Assembly (NCBI GenBank): GCA_950097015.1
Contig: CATNEN010000002.1
Coordinates: forward strand, 4,774,001 to 4,838,000
Length of the DNA stretch: 64,000 bases
Origin: Macrostomum hystrix
Taxonomy: Eukaryota > Animalia > Platyhelminthes
Direction: 5' to 3'
This document shows, one piece after another, positions 12,629-22,918 of the stretch. Under the pieces are notes generated by a model, which was not told the DNA's origin, searched no databases, and was given only the letters and a program-made list of their open reading frames with translations. Position numbers and translations under genes: made by a program. Every line of letters starts with the position of its first letter. Positions within the stretch are counted from its first letter, which is position 1.

Positions 12629-15409
12629 TCAACCCTGGATTTGGAGTCGGTTCTGCCTGTTGATTTGTCCCCGCCTCAGGGTAGCCCACAGGACTTTGAG
12701 GATGGGGACTCGGCCCGGAGCGCGAGGCAGCTCCGGCTCGATGTGGAAGCCGTGCAGCCGAGCTGCTCTCATCTTGAGCAGCCAGGCCACACCGAGCTGT
12801 TTGACTCTGGCCGAGAGCATTGGCATGCCGGTCATTTTGTGAAGGTACTCGGTGCTCAGGTAGGAAGGCACACCGTAGCAGATTCGCAGAGCAAGGTTCT
12901 GGATCTTTTGTAGCTTGATCTGGTTGGTGACGCAGATCAGAGTCAAGATTGGGGCGCCGTAGGTGAGAGCGCTCTCACCGTAGGCCCTGTACAGCATCTT
13001 GAGAGTGACGCTGCTCAGTTTGGTGATCTTGGCAATGCGGCACAGGGACATGACAATGGCCCTGCACGTATTCGCCATGTTGTCGACGTGTTTGTTCAAA
13101 CAAAGATTGGCGTCGAGGAGGACACCTAGAAATTTCACTTCCTGACAGTAGGGGACCACCGTCTGCCCCAGCTGCAGTTTAGGTCGCAAGTCGGCGCGAG
13201 CTGTCGGCTTGTAGTTGAAGGCGATGGCCTTGCTCTTGTCGGCATTCAGTCTGATGCCTTGCTTGCCGCACCACTCCCAGACTTGTCTGAGGTAGCTCTG
13301 AAGGCATGTCTGCAGACCAGCAAAGGTGTCTGCGGAGGCCCAGATGGCCATGTCGTCTGCAAATTGACTGCGTTTCACGTTTGGATTTTCAGGAATCGGC
13401 ATTGTGCTGACGTACAGCAGGTACAGGAGAGGACTCAAGATGCCTCGCTGAGGTACGCCAGCTAGGATTCTGATCAGCTCACTAAGCGAGTTGTTGACTC
13501 GCACCTGGATGTACCTGTTCCTGAGGTAGTCAGACAGGATGCGCATCAGCATCGAAGGAAGGCCAGCGTTGAGCATGCGGCTCCTAAGCATGTCGTGCCA
13601 GGCAGAGTCAAAGGCCGCCTCTACATCAAGGAAGACTGCAGCGGCCCTCTTTGCTTTGCACTTTGCGACCATCATGTCCTGCACCAGTCGGCACAGGTTG
13701 TCGTAGGTGGAGTGGACTTTGCGATAAGCGCATTGGTCATCGCCAAGAATGTTCTTGTCTTCAAGGAATTTGGAGAGTCTCTTGGCAATCAGCTTCTCAA
13801 ACACCTTGCCTAAGCAAGAGGTCAGGCTGATTGGCCTGTACGAGTTTGGATTGTCTGGCGGTTTGTCAGGCTTCGGGATCATTGTCACCACAGCTTTCTT
13901 CCAAGCGCTGGGGAAGATCCCTTGACTGAAGCAGGCGTTAAAGAGTCTGGTGATCCTGGTGATCGCCACGCCTTCAAGGCCGAGTTTGAGCACTCGATTG
14001 GGAATCTTATCCAGCCCGGGTGCTCCATCAGGCTTGAGGTGCTCAAGCTCCCACACTGTGTCGGCTACAGTGAATGCGGCTTCAAGCGGGTGAGTGGCGA
14101 TGCCATTGATGTCGGCCGGAATCGGATAGAAAGCGATGAACTTGGCCACTTCGGCCACGTCCTGTTTGAGCTGCTCGCAAGTGGATGGGACTGGGCGCAT
14201 CTTTGAGTCCAGAGTGGCCGCGAGAAGGTTCGCTTTCTCCAGATCAGTGTGCGCACTGGTTTGACCCGAAGTGAGGGTTGGGATGGAGCTGGGCTTGAAC
14301 TTGCCCATCAGCTTCCTGGTGTCATGCCAGAAGTTCTTGTTCTTGCTGTTCTCGACAACATTCTCACACAGCTTGGTGAGCTTGCCGCTCTGGAAGGAAG
14401 TGATTTCCCTTTTGATCCTGTTGGCCATTTGGTTGGCCAGCCTTTTAAAGTTTTCATCCCGAGTGCTGTTGAAGAGTCGTCTGAGTCGTCGGCGCTCTTT
14501 AATCAGCTCAAGGATGTGCTTGGGCAGAGCATTTCGGCCACCACAGTCTGGCACAGTCGACTCAATGACCGTGTGGATGGCCTTTGTGATGAGCTCGACC
14601 TCGGCGTCGATTTGCTGAGCACTCGATAGGCGAGTCGGCTGGTCAGGAAGAAGGGCTTCACTAATCCTCAGCCTGAACTGATCCCAGTCGGTTTTGGAAA
14701 AGTTTTTCGGCTTAGCGGGACCTGCCCACTTTGCCGACTGAATGTTGAGGGTGAGGATGATTGGCAGGTGGTCGCTGTCTAGGTCGGGACCTACTGCAAA
14801 GTCCTGCACAAAGGGCAGAAAGTCTTCCGTGGCCAGGCCAAGGTCCAAGACATTCCTGGAAGTGACGCCGTTCTTGGTGGCGATTCTGGTGAACTGGCCA
14901 ACTTGATTGAGGATGGTGGGCGAGGCCAGACCTTCAGAGAGCCAGTCGTACAGCTCATGGCCAGCCCTGTTGTTGCTGCTGTCACCGCCAAGGAAGCGGT
15001 GTCTGGCATTGAGGTCGCCAAGGAGAACACTGCGTCTGCGCGAGACCAGGCTCTTGAGCAGGTTCAGGTTCAGGTGGTAAGGTGACGGAGACCTGTACAC
15101 CAGAGCCAGATTAAAGTCGGCACCGTGAGAGTTGTCAGACAGGCTAACGGTGCAGGAGATGGCTTCATGGTTCACATTGTCGTAGTGCAAGCGAACATTG
15201 GTGAGTTTGACGCGCGGTGAGTGAGCAAGGAGCAAGCCGCGTCTGACATGCGGAGTGTCGTATCGGATGATGGAGTAGCCAGGGATCTGGACCGTGTGCG
15301 AACTCTTGAGAATGGTTTCAGAGAAGAGAGCAATGTCTATCTCTTGACTAATGACCCATTGGGTGAGTTCTCTGCTTTTCGGGTGAAACCCTCTGCAGTT
15401 GAGGTGCAT
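12629..15409 (-). CDS. ORF2 of the Jockey-like LINE (APE + RT, no RNase H)
   Basis: MHLNCRGF, ALFSET, GDLNARH, DSDHLP, YRPISLTS, VPQRG (variant of PQG), QFADD. The frame is open upstream to 15559 and overlaps the end of ORF1. Confidence 0.9.
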   Translation of the reverse strand: MHLNCRGFHPKSRELTQWVISQEIDIALFSETILKSSHTVQIPGYSIIRYDTPHVRRGLLLAHSPRVKLTNVRLHYDNVNHEAISCTVSLSDNSHGADFNLALVYRSPSPYHLNLNLLKSLVSRRRSVLLGDLNARHRFLGGDSSNNRAGHELYDWLSEGLASPTILNQVGQFTRIATKNGVTSRNVLDLGLATEDFLPFVQDFAVGPDLDSDHLPIILTLNIQSAKWAGPAKPKNFSKTDWDQFRLRISEALLPDQPTRLSSAQQIDAEVELITKAIHTVIESTVPDCGGRNALPKHILELIKERRRLRRLFNSTRDENFKRLANQMANRIKREITSFQSGKLTKLCENVVENSKNKNFWHDTRKLMGKFKPSSIPTLTSGQTSAHTDLEKANLLAATLDSKMRPVPSTCEQLKQDVAEVAKFIAFYPIPADINGIATHPLEAAFTVADTVWELEHLKPDGAPGLDKIPNRVLKLGLEGVAITRITRLFNACFSQGIFPSAWKKAVVTMIPKPDKPPDNPNSYRPISLTSCLGKVFEKLIAKRLSKFLEDKNILGDDQCAYRKVHSTYDNLCRLVQDMMVAKCKAKRAAAVFLDVEAAFDSAWHDMLRSRMLNAGLPSMLMRILSDYLRNRYIQVRVNNSLSELIRILAGVPQRGILSPLLYLLYVSTMPIPENPNVKRSQFADDMAIWASADTFAGLQTCLQSYLRQVWEWCGKQGIRLNADKSKAIAFNYKPTARADLRPKLQLGQTVVPYCQEVKFLGVLLDANLCLNKHVDNMANTCRAIVMSLCRIAKITKLSSVTLKMLYRAYGESALTYGAPILTLICVTNQIKLQKIQNLALRICYGVPSYLSTEYLHKMTGMPMLSARVKQLGVAWLLKMRAARLHGFHIEPELPRAPGRVPILKVLWATLRRGQINRQNRLQIQG

Positions 15410-15476
15410 AATTTTCAGACCCGTTGTCTGGGTATTAGGGTTCCCATTTAAATTAAGGAATTTACAGTTTTCTGGT

Positions 15477-17195
15477 TTAGCTGCCTGGGCCCACGACCCC
15501 GGTGGCGGCGGAGGCCATGCCAGACACGTCCTGGAGGACAGCCCGCACAATGTCCTCAACCATTTTACTGGTCGATTCTACCGTGAGGAGCTCACCAGGC
15601 GGCCTGGACAGGGCCCGCACAATCACCTGGGTCAGAGAGCGGGTGATCAGGGGCAACAGCATGCTCACCATCTGCTTCAAGTCAGTCTGCTGCTGCTGCT
15701 GCTGCTGTGGCTCACTGCCAGCGTCCAGGGAGGGTGTAGCCTCATTGGCGCTCGTGCACCTGGCGCTGACAGTCTCGGCGGCCGGTCGGCTCCTGGCATC
15801 ATCGGTGCTGATGAACAGCGGCCGGATGGCGGCATTGACGGGCACGTTGCGGCGGCCTTGGCGGATCAGCCAGCCACTGTCCGAAGCGTCGGACACGTCG
15901 GCGGGCGCACTCGAGGCAGGCGGGGCATCCGTAGTCGCGGCTTCCGCTGCTCGCGCCGCAGCAGCTTTGGCCTCAGCTGCCGCCTTCGTCGCCTTGGCGT
16001 GCTCTTCCTGCGCAACAGTGCAGGCTCGGCTGGTCGTGCGGTGCTGACCACCGCATTTGGAGCATGTCGCCGGGCCTTCGTGCTGGCAGTCCTTCCAGGC
16101 ATGCGAGCAGCCGCAGATTCGGCATCGCAGCTCCGCCTGGCACTGGGCCGCACGGTGGCCAAACTGCTGGCACTGCAGGGCGCGGACCGGCTCGTCGGTG
16201 CGGCTCTCTTCGCAGCTGAACTTCAGGAAGTCAGTGCAGATGCCTTCGCGAAGACACTGGTCGAATGTCGCTCTCGACTTTGTAAAAATGCGCATGTACC
16301 GGGTGGCCTGCCCGGATGCTCGCGCACGGATCCGATGCACACTCGTGATGTCGAGCTTCAAGGACTCGCGGAGCATGCTGGCGAATTCGGCCTCCGTGAA
16401 GGAAAACGGCACGTCGAGCGCTACAATGGTGAGCAGTGGCTGCTGCTGTACTCTGTCAGCGCCAGTCCGGTTGTCCAGCGGCCTCGATCGGGCTGGTCGA
16501 CGCTCGACACGGTGGCCGAGGAGGCTGTCCTGACGCAGAGCACCGCCTAGGAAGACGTTTTAATCCCGCTCAGTGGCCGGGAATACTAGGTAGGCGGGCT
16601 GATTGGCCATTTCGGCTGTGTTGACGGCACGGGCATCGCCGGCAAAGTTGGCCTGCAGCCAGGTGATGAAGGCCATCAGCTTGCCCGCCGCGTTTCGGTG
16701 AACTTCAAAGACCACCGGTGGAATGGCAGCTGGGGTCTTCGCAATGGAGCGCGGGCCGAAGCCACCTGCGCATAGGGCCGCGCTGTCGCAGCCTGGGTCG
16801 TTGAAGCAGCCGCCGCCGCCGACGCCGCCGACGAACCCGTCACCGCGGTCGCCGACGCTGCCGCCGCACCAGCCGCCGCACCTCGGCCGCCGCCGCCACC
16901 TCGCGTGCCTCGCTGTCTGCCGCCGCCGCCACCGCGGCTGCCTCGCTGCTGACCGCCGCCGCCGCGCTGACCACGTGCGCCGCGCTGACCGCCGCCGCCG
17001 CGCTCTGCCTGCTGGTCCTGCTCGATTCTCCTTCAGCTCAACCCCGCTGTAGGTGTACTCCGGGCCGATCCAGAAGACTCGGCGCTGCTCGTGTGGGCGA
17101 TGACGGAAGGCGAGTGGGAGCACGTCTTCTATCAGGCGCTGGTAGATCTGGTCAGCGACCTCGCCAAGAAAGTAGGGCGCATAGACGATGGTGCA
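15477..17195 (-). pseudogene. ORF1 of the Jockey-like LINE: AlkB-like N-terminal segment, RGG/Ala-rich linker, gag-like region with three zinc knuckles; in-frame stop at 16560-16562
   Basis: The ORFs 16560-17123 and 15477-16412 share one frame separated by a single TAA (ATERD*NVFLGG). Knuckles: xALQCQQFGHRAAQC (first Cys lost), CRICGCSHAWKDC, CSKCGGQHRTTSRAC. The +1 frame over ~16750-17020 reads an RGG-rich stretch ending PYAQVAS. Confidence 0.75.
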
Positions 17196-20100
17196 GTGTG
17201 TGTGTGTGTTGGTTCAGATCCCTCGCTAGGCATACGGGGGGCGCGCCAGCGCGCCCGACGCCTCGACGAAGGCCCGCACCCCTTCTGGGTCGTTCTGCAG
17301 TGGGGACATAGAGCCGTTGATAGCCTCTGGGATGTGAAGCCGGCGCTCCTCCGCCCACCTGGGGCAGTCTAACAGGAAATGCCGGGTGTCTTCTTCGGGG
17401 GCATTGCAGTGTGGGCAGGCAGCGGTTGGGTCGCGGCCCCAACGATGCCGGGTGGCCTGCAGGAAGGGCGCCCGGTTGGCCCGAAGCTGGTACAGCGCCA
17501 CCTCGGCCGTCCGCGGCCAGCCTGTCCGGTGGATGAACTGCGCTCCGCCGCAGAGCCTGTGGGGGTGGTCCGCCGGAACCAGCTGATTATACTCAGCTAA
17601 TTCGGCCGCTCGTCCCTGGCGACGGAGGGCGGCCGACACGGGGACTGGCTGGGGGTCTTGCTGCATGGCGGACCCTCTCCGGGCCAGCTCATCGGCGGCC
17701 TCGTTAAGCGCAAGGCCTGCATGCCCTGGGATCCAGATGACCGTTGGCCTGTGCTCGCTGGCCAGCTGTTGGAGCAGGATCGCGGCTTGCGCGGTGGCGT
17801 GGTCTTGCAGGCACTTGGTCGAGGACTGTAGCCGCTGGAACAGGGCTCGTGAGTCGAACAGCAGCCAGATCGCCGAGCTCGGCTTCCCACGAAGGAGACC
17901 GAGGGCTGCCTCGAGCCCCGCCGCCGCCGCGGCCGCTTCTGAAGTGGTCGAACTGGTCCACCGTCCGGTCGGGATACTGCCCTTGACGTCGGGGCCGATA
18001 GCTTGACGCCGGATGATGTAGCCTCCTCCGCCATTTCTGAAGCCTTCTTCCGCCGCCCCGTCTGTCCAGACTTCGAGGTACGGCGGGTCGCTCCGGCGAA
18101 GGGAGTCCAGCAGTTCTAAGGCCCTCGCGCGTCGGACCTCCGGGGGCTCCTCGCGCCCAGCATCCGCCGCAGCGAAGCGGGCCGAGTGATGAGGGGTCCA
18201 CGGCCGGTGCAGGCAGGAGAGCGGAACGCACCCCTCAATGTTCCGAACGTGACATCCCGCCTCCTCCAGGGCCGCAAGCGCCGTCTCTCTCCAGCACCCG
18301 CGGGTCCCGCCCCCTCTCGACCGCAGTCTCGTCGTGTTCGGCGGGGCGTCGGTTAGCTTCCGCAGCGGGTGGCCCTCGCTGAACTGGCGGCATCGCAGGT
18401 AGAGCTCAGCCGCCCGAATCCGGCAAATGATGTCCAGGGGCTGTAGCCCGGCGTCCGCGATCAGCGCAGCAGCCCGGGCACCGGGACTGACACCGGTGAT
18501 GGCCCGGGCCGCGGCGTAATTCATCGACTCCAACCGCTCCCGGTGGGTACGAGCCAGAAAAGGCCACCACACCTCCGCCGCGTACAGCCCCGCCGGGCGA
18601 ACGTAGCCGCAGTAGAGCCGACGAAGCGTATCAGCGTCAGCTCCCCACCGGCGGGAAGCCACAGCCCGCAGGGCGTTGAGCCGGCTCCGCATGGCAGCCA
18701 GCGCGCGACGGGCCTGCTCGGCGAAGGTGACCTGGGAGTCCACGAACACCCCCAGGATGCGCGCCTCCTTCCGGCAGCTGATCGTCTGCCCACCGACCTG
18801 GAGCTGAACAGAGTTGCGGAAGGCCTCGGTATTCTCCACGGGCTGGGTACTCACCAGCAGGGCCTCGGTCTTGTTTGGGGCCAGTTCGAAGTGATGCTGC
18901 TGGCACCAGGTTTCTGCCGCTTCCAGCGCTTGTTGCATGTTCTCCGCCGCTGCCGCCGCAGTGCCCGCCGACGTCTTGATGGACAGGTCATCGGCGTATT
19001 GCAGCGGCTTACAGAGCGGGGCGGCGGACTGGATGGCGGCTGGCAGGGTACAGGTCGCAATGTTGAATAGCAGCGGGGACAACGGACTGCCTTGCGGGAC
19101 TCCCTCCTTCAGGATCTTGGGCCGGCTCATGCTATCAACCCAGCGCACTCGAGCTCTCCGGTCAGCCAGAAACGCGCGGATCCAGCGCAGCCACCGTCCC
19201 GGGGCGCTCGCTCGAGCCAGTTGCCGCAGCACCCCGAGGCGCCAGGTTCGGTCAAAAGCAGCGAAGAAGTCGATCGCTGCCACCAGGGTCCTCGTCATCG
19301 GCCGCGTCTGCAGGTCGTCAAAGGCCGGCTGGGCCAGCTGCGCTAGGGCGTCAACCGTGCTGCGGCTGGCGCGAAACCCGGACTGCGCGTCCGGGAGCAG
19401 GCCGATCTCCTCCGCCCAGGCCGCCAGCCTGCGCTGCACCATCGCTTCTAACGTCTTCCCGACACAGCTGAGCAGCGAGACAGGTCGGAAGGATGCCGGG
19501 TCGCTCTTGGGCTTGCCCTTCTTGGCAATGGGCGTGATGATGGCCGTGCGCCAGCCCGATGGAACCTTGCCCTCCAACCAGCTCCGGTTGAGCAGGGAAA
19601 GCAGGGCGACCCGTCCGATCGACGGGAGGTTTTGAAGAAAAGCCGGGAGAACTCCGTCTTGACCCGGCGCCTTCCCCTCGATCTCCCTCAGAACGACGTC
19701 CAGGTGGAACGGGGTGGACCGCAGGTCGTCCGTCTCGTTCTGCAGAGCGCGGCGGACCTCCCTCCTGGCAGCCTGCTGATCTGTCTTCGGAACGCGGAGT
19801 CGGCTTGCCTCCGCATAGGTCGCCATCGCCATGTCTGCCTTCTCCCGGTCAGAGGTCGCGGTCTTGTTGCCCTTGCGGAGCGGGGTGTCAGGGAGCGGCT
19901 CATGCGCTCGGCCATCGAGGGCCCTGATGGTGTTCCAGACCTTGTTGTCTGGGGACCTGGCCGACAGCTCCGCGACGAAACCTTGCCAGGACTCGGTCTT
20001 CGCCTGTTGGTACACTCGGTCGGCTTGGTCGCGGGCAGCGCGGTACCTCGCCGCGGCTTCCAAGTCCCCTGGCGCGGCTCTGGCTGCCGCTAAGGCGCCG

Positions 20101-21765
20101 CGAGTGGCGCCCTGGGCCTGTCTGCAACGCTCGTCCCACCAGCTCTTGGCCTTCTTAACTCTGCCCTTGGGGATGCAGCTCGCCGCGTCCAGGATCCTGC
20201 GGCAGAAGTCTGCATTGGCGGCCTCCACGGACCGAAAGCCGTCCGCCGACCAGCCCAGGAAAAAATCACCCGCCCGCGTCGCGTAGGTCGGCCAGTCCGC
20301 CCGTCGCAGGTTGAAGCCAGCTGGGCGGCGGCGCTCCTGGGTTTGGGTGAAGGCGATGGTCAGCAGCAGAGGAAGGTGGTCCGACCCCATGGCGTCCCCC
20401 ACGCGCCAGCTGATCCGGCTGGACCAGACAGCACTGCAGAGCGACACGTCGGGCGCCGACTCACCACCCCCCGGGCTCACTCTAGTGGCACTGCCGTCGT
20501 TGAGCGCCATCCAGCCGTGGTCGCTCAGCCAATCGTCGAGCTCGCTTCCAGGGGGGTCCGGATCAGCATTCGGGTCCCAGCTACCGTGAGCGTTGAGGTC
20601 GCCCATCAGCAGCCAGTGCCCATCGGTGGGCCAGCCGTTGGTGTGTAGGGCCCCGTCTCGGTCGTCCGCGTCGGAGTGCCGTACAGGTGGGCGGTAGAGG
20701 TTGGTGAGGTGCAGCGGCTTGGACTTGTCCCCGAACAGACGGATGGTCAGCTGCTCCAGGGCCGCATTGACGGGGGTCCGCAGACCCGCCTCCACCTCTT
20801 CATGGGCCAGGCCTTGTTTGACCAGAGTGAGCAGGCCTCCATGGTGACCGCCACCCCCCGGTGGACGACCCGGTCGCGGCGGTGGACGGTGTAACCGCGG
20901 AGCTTGGGTGTGGGCTCTCTCTCGGTGAGGTTAGATTCCTGCAGAAGGGCGATGTCTATTTTGTTTTCCTCCAGCAGCCGTTCAAGTGCCGGTCGACGCG
21001 CCTGTAGCCCGTTGAGGTTCCACTGCAGGACACGGAGATCGGCCTGGATAGGACCGGGGTTCGGCTCAACATCCCCCGACAACAGAACCCGGCGGCGAGA
21101 CCAGTCGGGGTTGGCCTGCCACCCTCCCAAAAACCCGCCAGCGGGTTGGGGTGCGGACATCGAAGCGACATCCGGGGAGCCGGAGCATTTGGCACAGAAC
21201 GCATCTGTGACACCTGTCCCCACGTGAAGGGAGCTCCGTTTGACAGGCACGATGGTGCAGTCGCCCGCGTAGGTCGTCTTCTGACACTCGCTGTAGTCCG
21301 GCTCGTCAGGGAAGACGATTTGGGACACATCAGCCTCGGACTGTACAGCGGTGGGCTTTGGGATAGTCGTTGGGGCATTTGCCATAGACTCGGATGCCGT
21401 TGGCGCTGGCGCAGGTGCTGCCGCAGCCTCAGTGTGTTGAGCCGCCGTCTCGGCTGCCTCGGCTTCATCGACGGACATCTCGTTTATTTCAGCGGTCGCG
21501 GGGGCCGCAGTCCCTGCTGGGGGCTCGTCTTCGACGATGACAAGCCGACCTTCTGGTGAACTGAGCGAGCCGCGGTCTTGGGCGCTGTTGGCCGGTTCTG
21601 AGGTCTCGCTGGCCGGCGTCGGAGTCGACATCAGCGCTGTCGCGACCTTCGGCTGCAGCTTTCGACTGGCGTCTTCGGTGCGGCCGTACCGATGCTCGAG
21701 CGAGGGGCGGCCGTCGTGTTTTTTTGCGGTGGCGCGAATCGCAGCCATATGGCGTGATTTCTCAC
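17196..21765 (-). mobile_element. Ingi-like (I-group) LINE nested in the Jockey-like LINE, 7-bp TSD, (CA)n tail
   Basis: TSD tggtgca at 17189-17195 and 21766-21772; (tg)n at 17196-17209 on + is the (CA)n tail; single long ORF. Confidence 0.85.
17226..21748 (-). CDS. Single polyprotein of the Ingi-like LINE: leader, 2A-like motif, APE, RT, RNase H, CCHC; one 1-nt frameshift in the C6 run at 20854-20859
   Basis: ATG at 21748 (MAAIRATAKK); LLSGDVEPNPGP; LQWNLNGL/LLQES; MGDLNAH; SDHLP; FRPVSLLS; PQGS; LQYADD; VWTDGA...WIPGHAGL; CPHC...HFLLDC. Adding one G restores HRGGGGHHGGLLTLVK. Confidence 0.88.
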
Positions 21766-22918
21766 TGGTGCAAGGTAAACAAAATAAGCAAAGGGGGCAG
21801 GTGGCACACAAAGTGCGCACTCAAGGGAGGGGGTGGGGGACTGCTAGACTAAAACTAAAACTACAAGTACAGGGGGAGAGAGAAACTGCAAAAATAAAAC
21901 TAAAACAGGTGAGAATGAACAAGGAGCACTATAGGGAGCTTACTGGTGTACTTTAAAAGTACCCCCTTCTAGGAATGGGGTTGCACAAATCAAGGAACAC
22001 TCAATGAATGTACCTCTCCACGGAAATCTTTAGTAAAAGGCGAAAGATTTAAGCGTGGAATGAAGAGAAACCAGCTAGTAATATTTAAAATAGCAAAATA
22101 AGTTCTGGTTTATTTTTAATTCTATCCAGATGTTAAAAGTTAAGCATATAAAAATTTTATAGCAAACTTAATGTTCTGGAACAATTGATTTGGTGCTATT
22201 GTTGTACCTGTGGTAGCGTGGCACACACAATTGGTAAAATGACCAAGACAGGAACTAGATTCTGAGAGGATCTTTACCGGCCTCAACGCTGGTGCTTCCT
22301 AGCAGAGGAACAATCCGGTAGTCAGGCTTCGAATGTCAAGTTCTCTCGTGCTTTCCTCTAATCGGACTACGTCCTATCTGCACTCACAGATCTTATGCTT
22401 GATCGGGCGGTACACCAAGCTTCAAAATGCAGTGTACGGCCTAGATCAACAATAAGCTTCTAAGATCTTAGAGACAAGGTAAATGAATGCTAACACAAAC
22501 GGTAAGCACAAACGCAAACGCATCAAGAAAATTCAGTCCACACAGTGCCATCAATATAAAGAAATAGTGCTACCATGATACCAACACCATCTCAAGGATT
22601 CGTCGGACTGTGCTCTACTTATAGTAGGAGCATTTGAGCGTTGTTCTGCCAGTCTTCTTCCGAACTTAAGCGATTGCACCATGGTGTGCAATGTGACTCA
22701 GTGCGCACACAGAGCTGGAACGAGAGAGAGAAAGTGGAGGGGGTGGCGAGCGGAGGTGACAGTGCACGGGAAACACTAACTACCTACACCCCAGCCCTCC
22801 CACAGACCCAGAACAGCCTGACTCACAGATTGCCTGGAGGCTGCTCAGCAGTCTACAGCACATCACTATGCTTCAACAGAAATAATGATAATAACTCAGA
22901 GATGACAAACACCAACTA

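Larger units (their letters stand above)
11961..22072 (-). mobile_element. Full-length Jockey-like LINE (~5.5 kb after removing the nested element), 14-bp TSD
   Basis: TSD agctagtaatattt at 11947-11960 and 22073-22086; short (AAC) tail; long T-rich 3' UTR; 5' UTR at 21773-22072; ORF1 and ORF2 present. Confidence 0.88.

Noticed and set aside
15399-21559. + strand ORFs of 100-383 aa over the nested LINEs
   Set aside because: They are antisense shadows of the LINE ORFs.
21749-21820. Start of ORF 20747-21820 (MRTLCATC...) as the true N-terminus of the Ingi-like protein
   Set aside because: It begins at GTG outside the inner TSD, in DNA belonging to the outer LINE; the first in-element ATG is at 21748.
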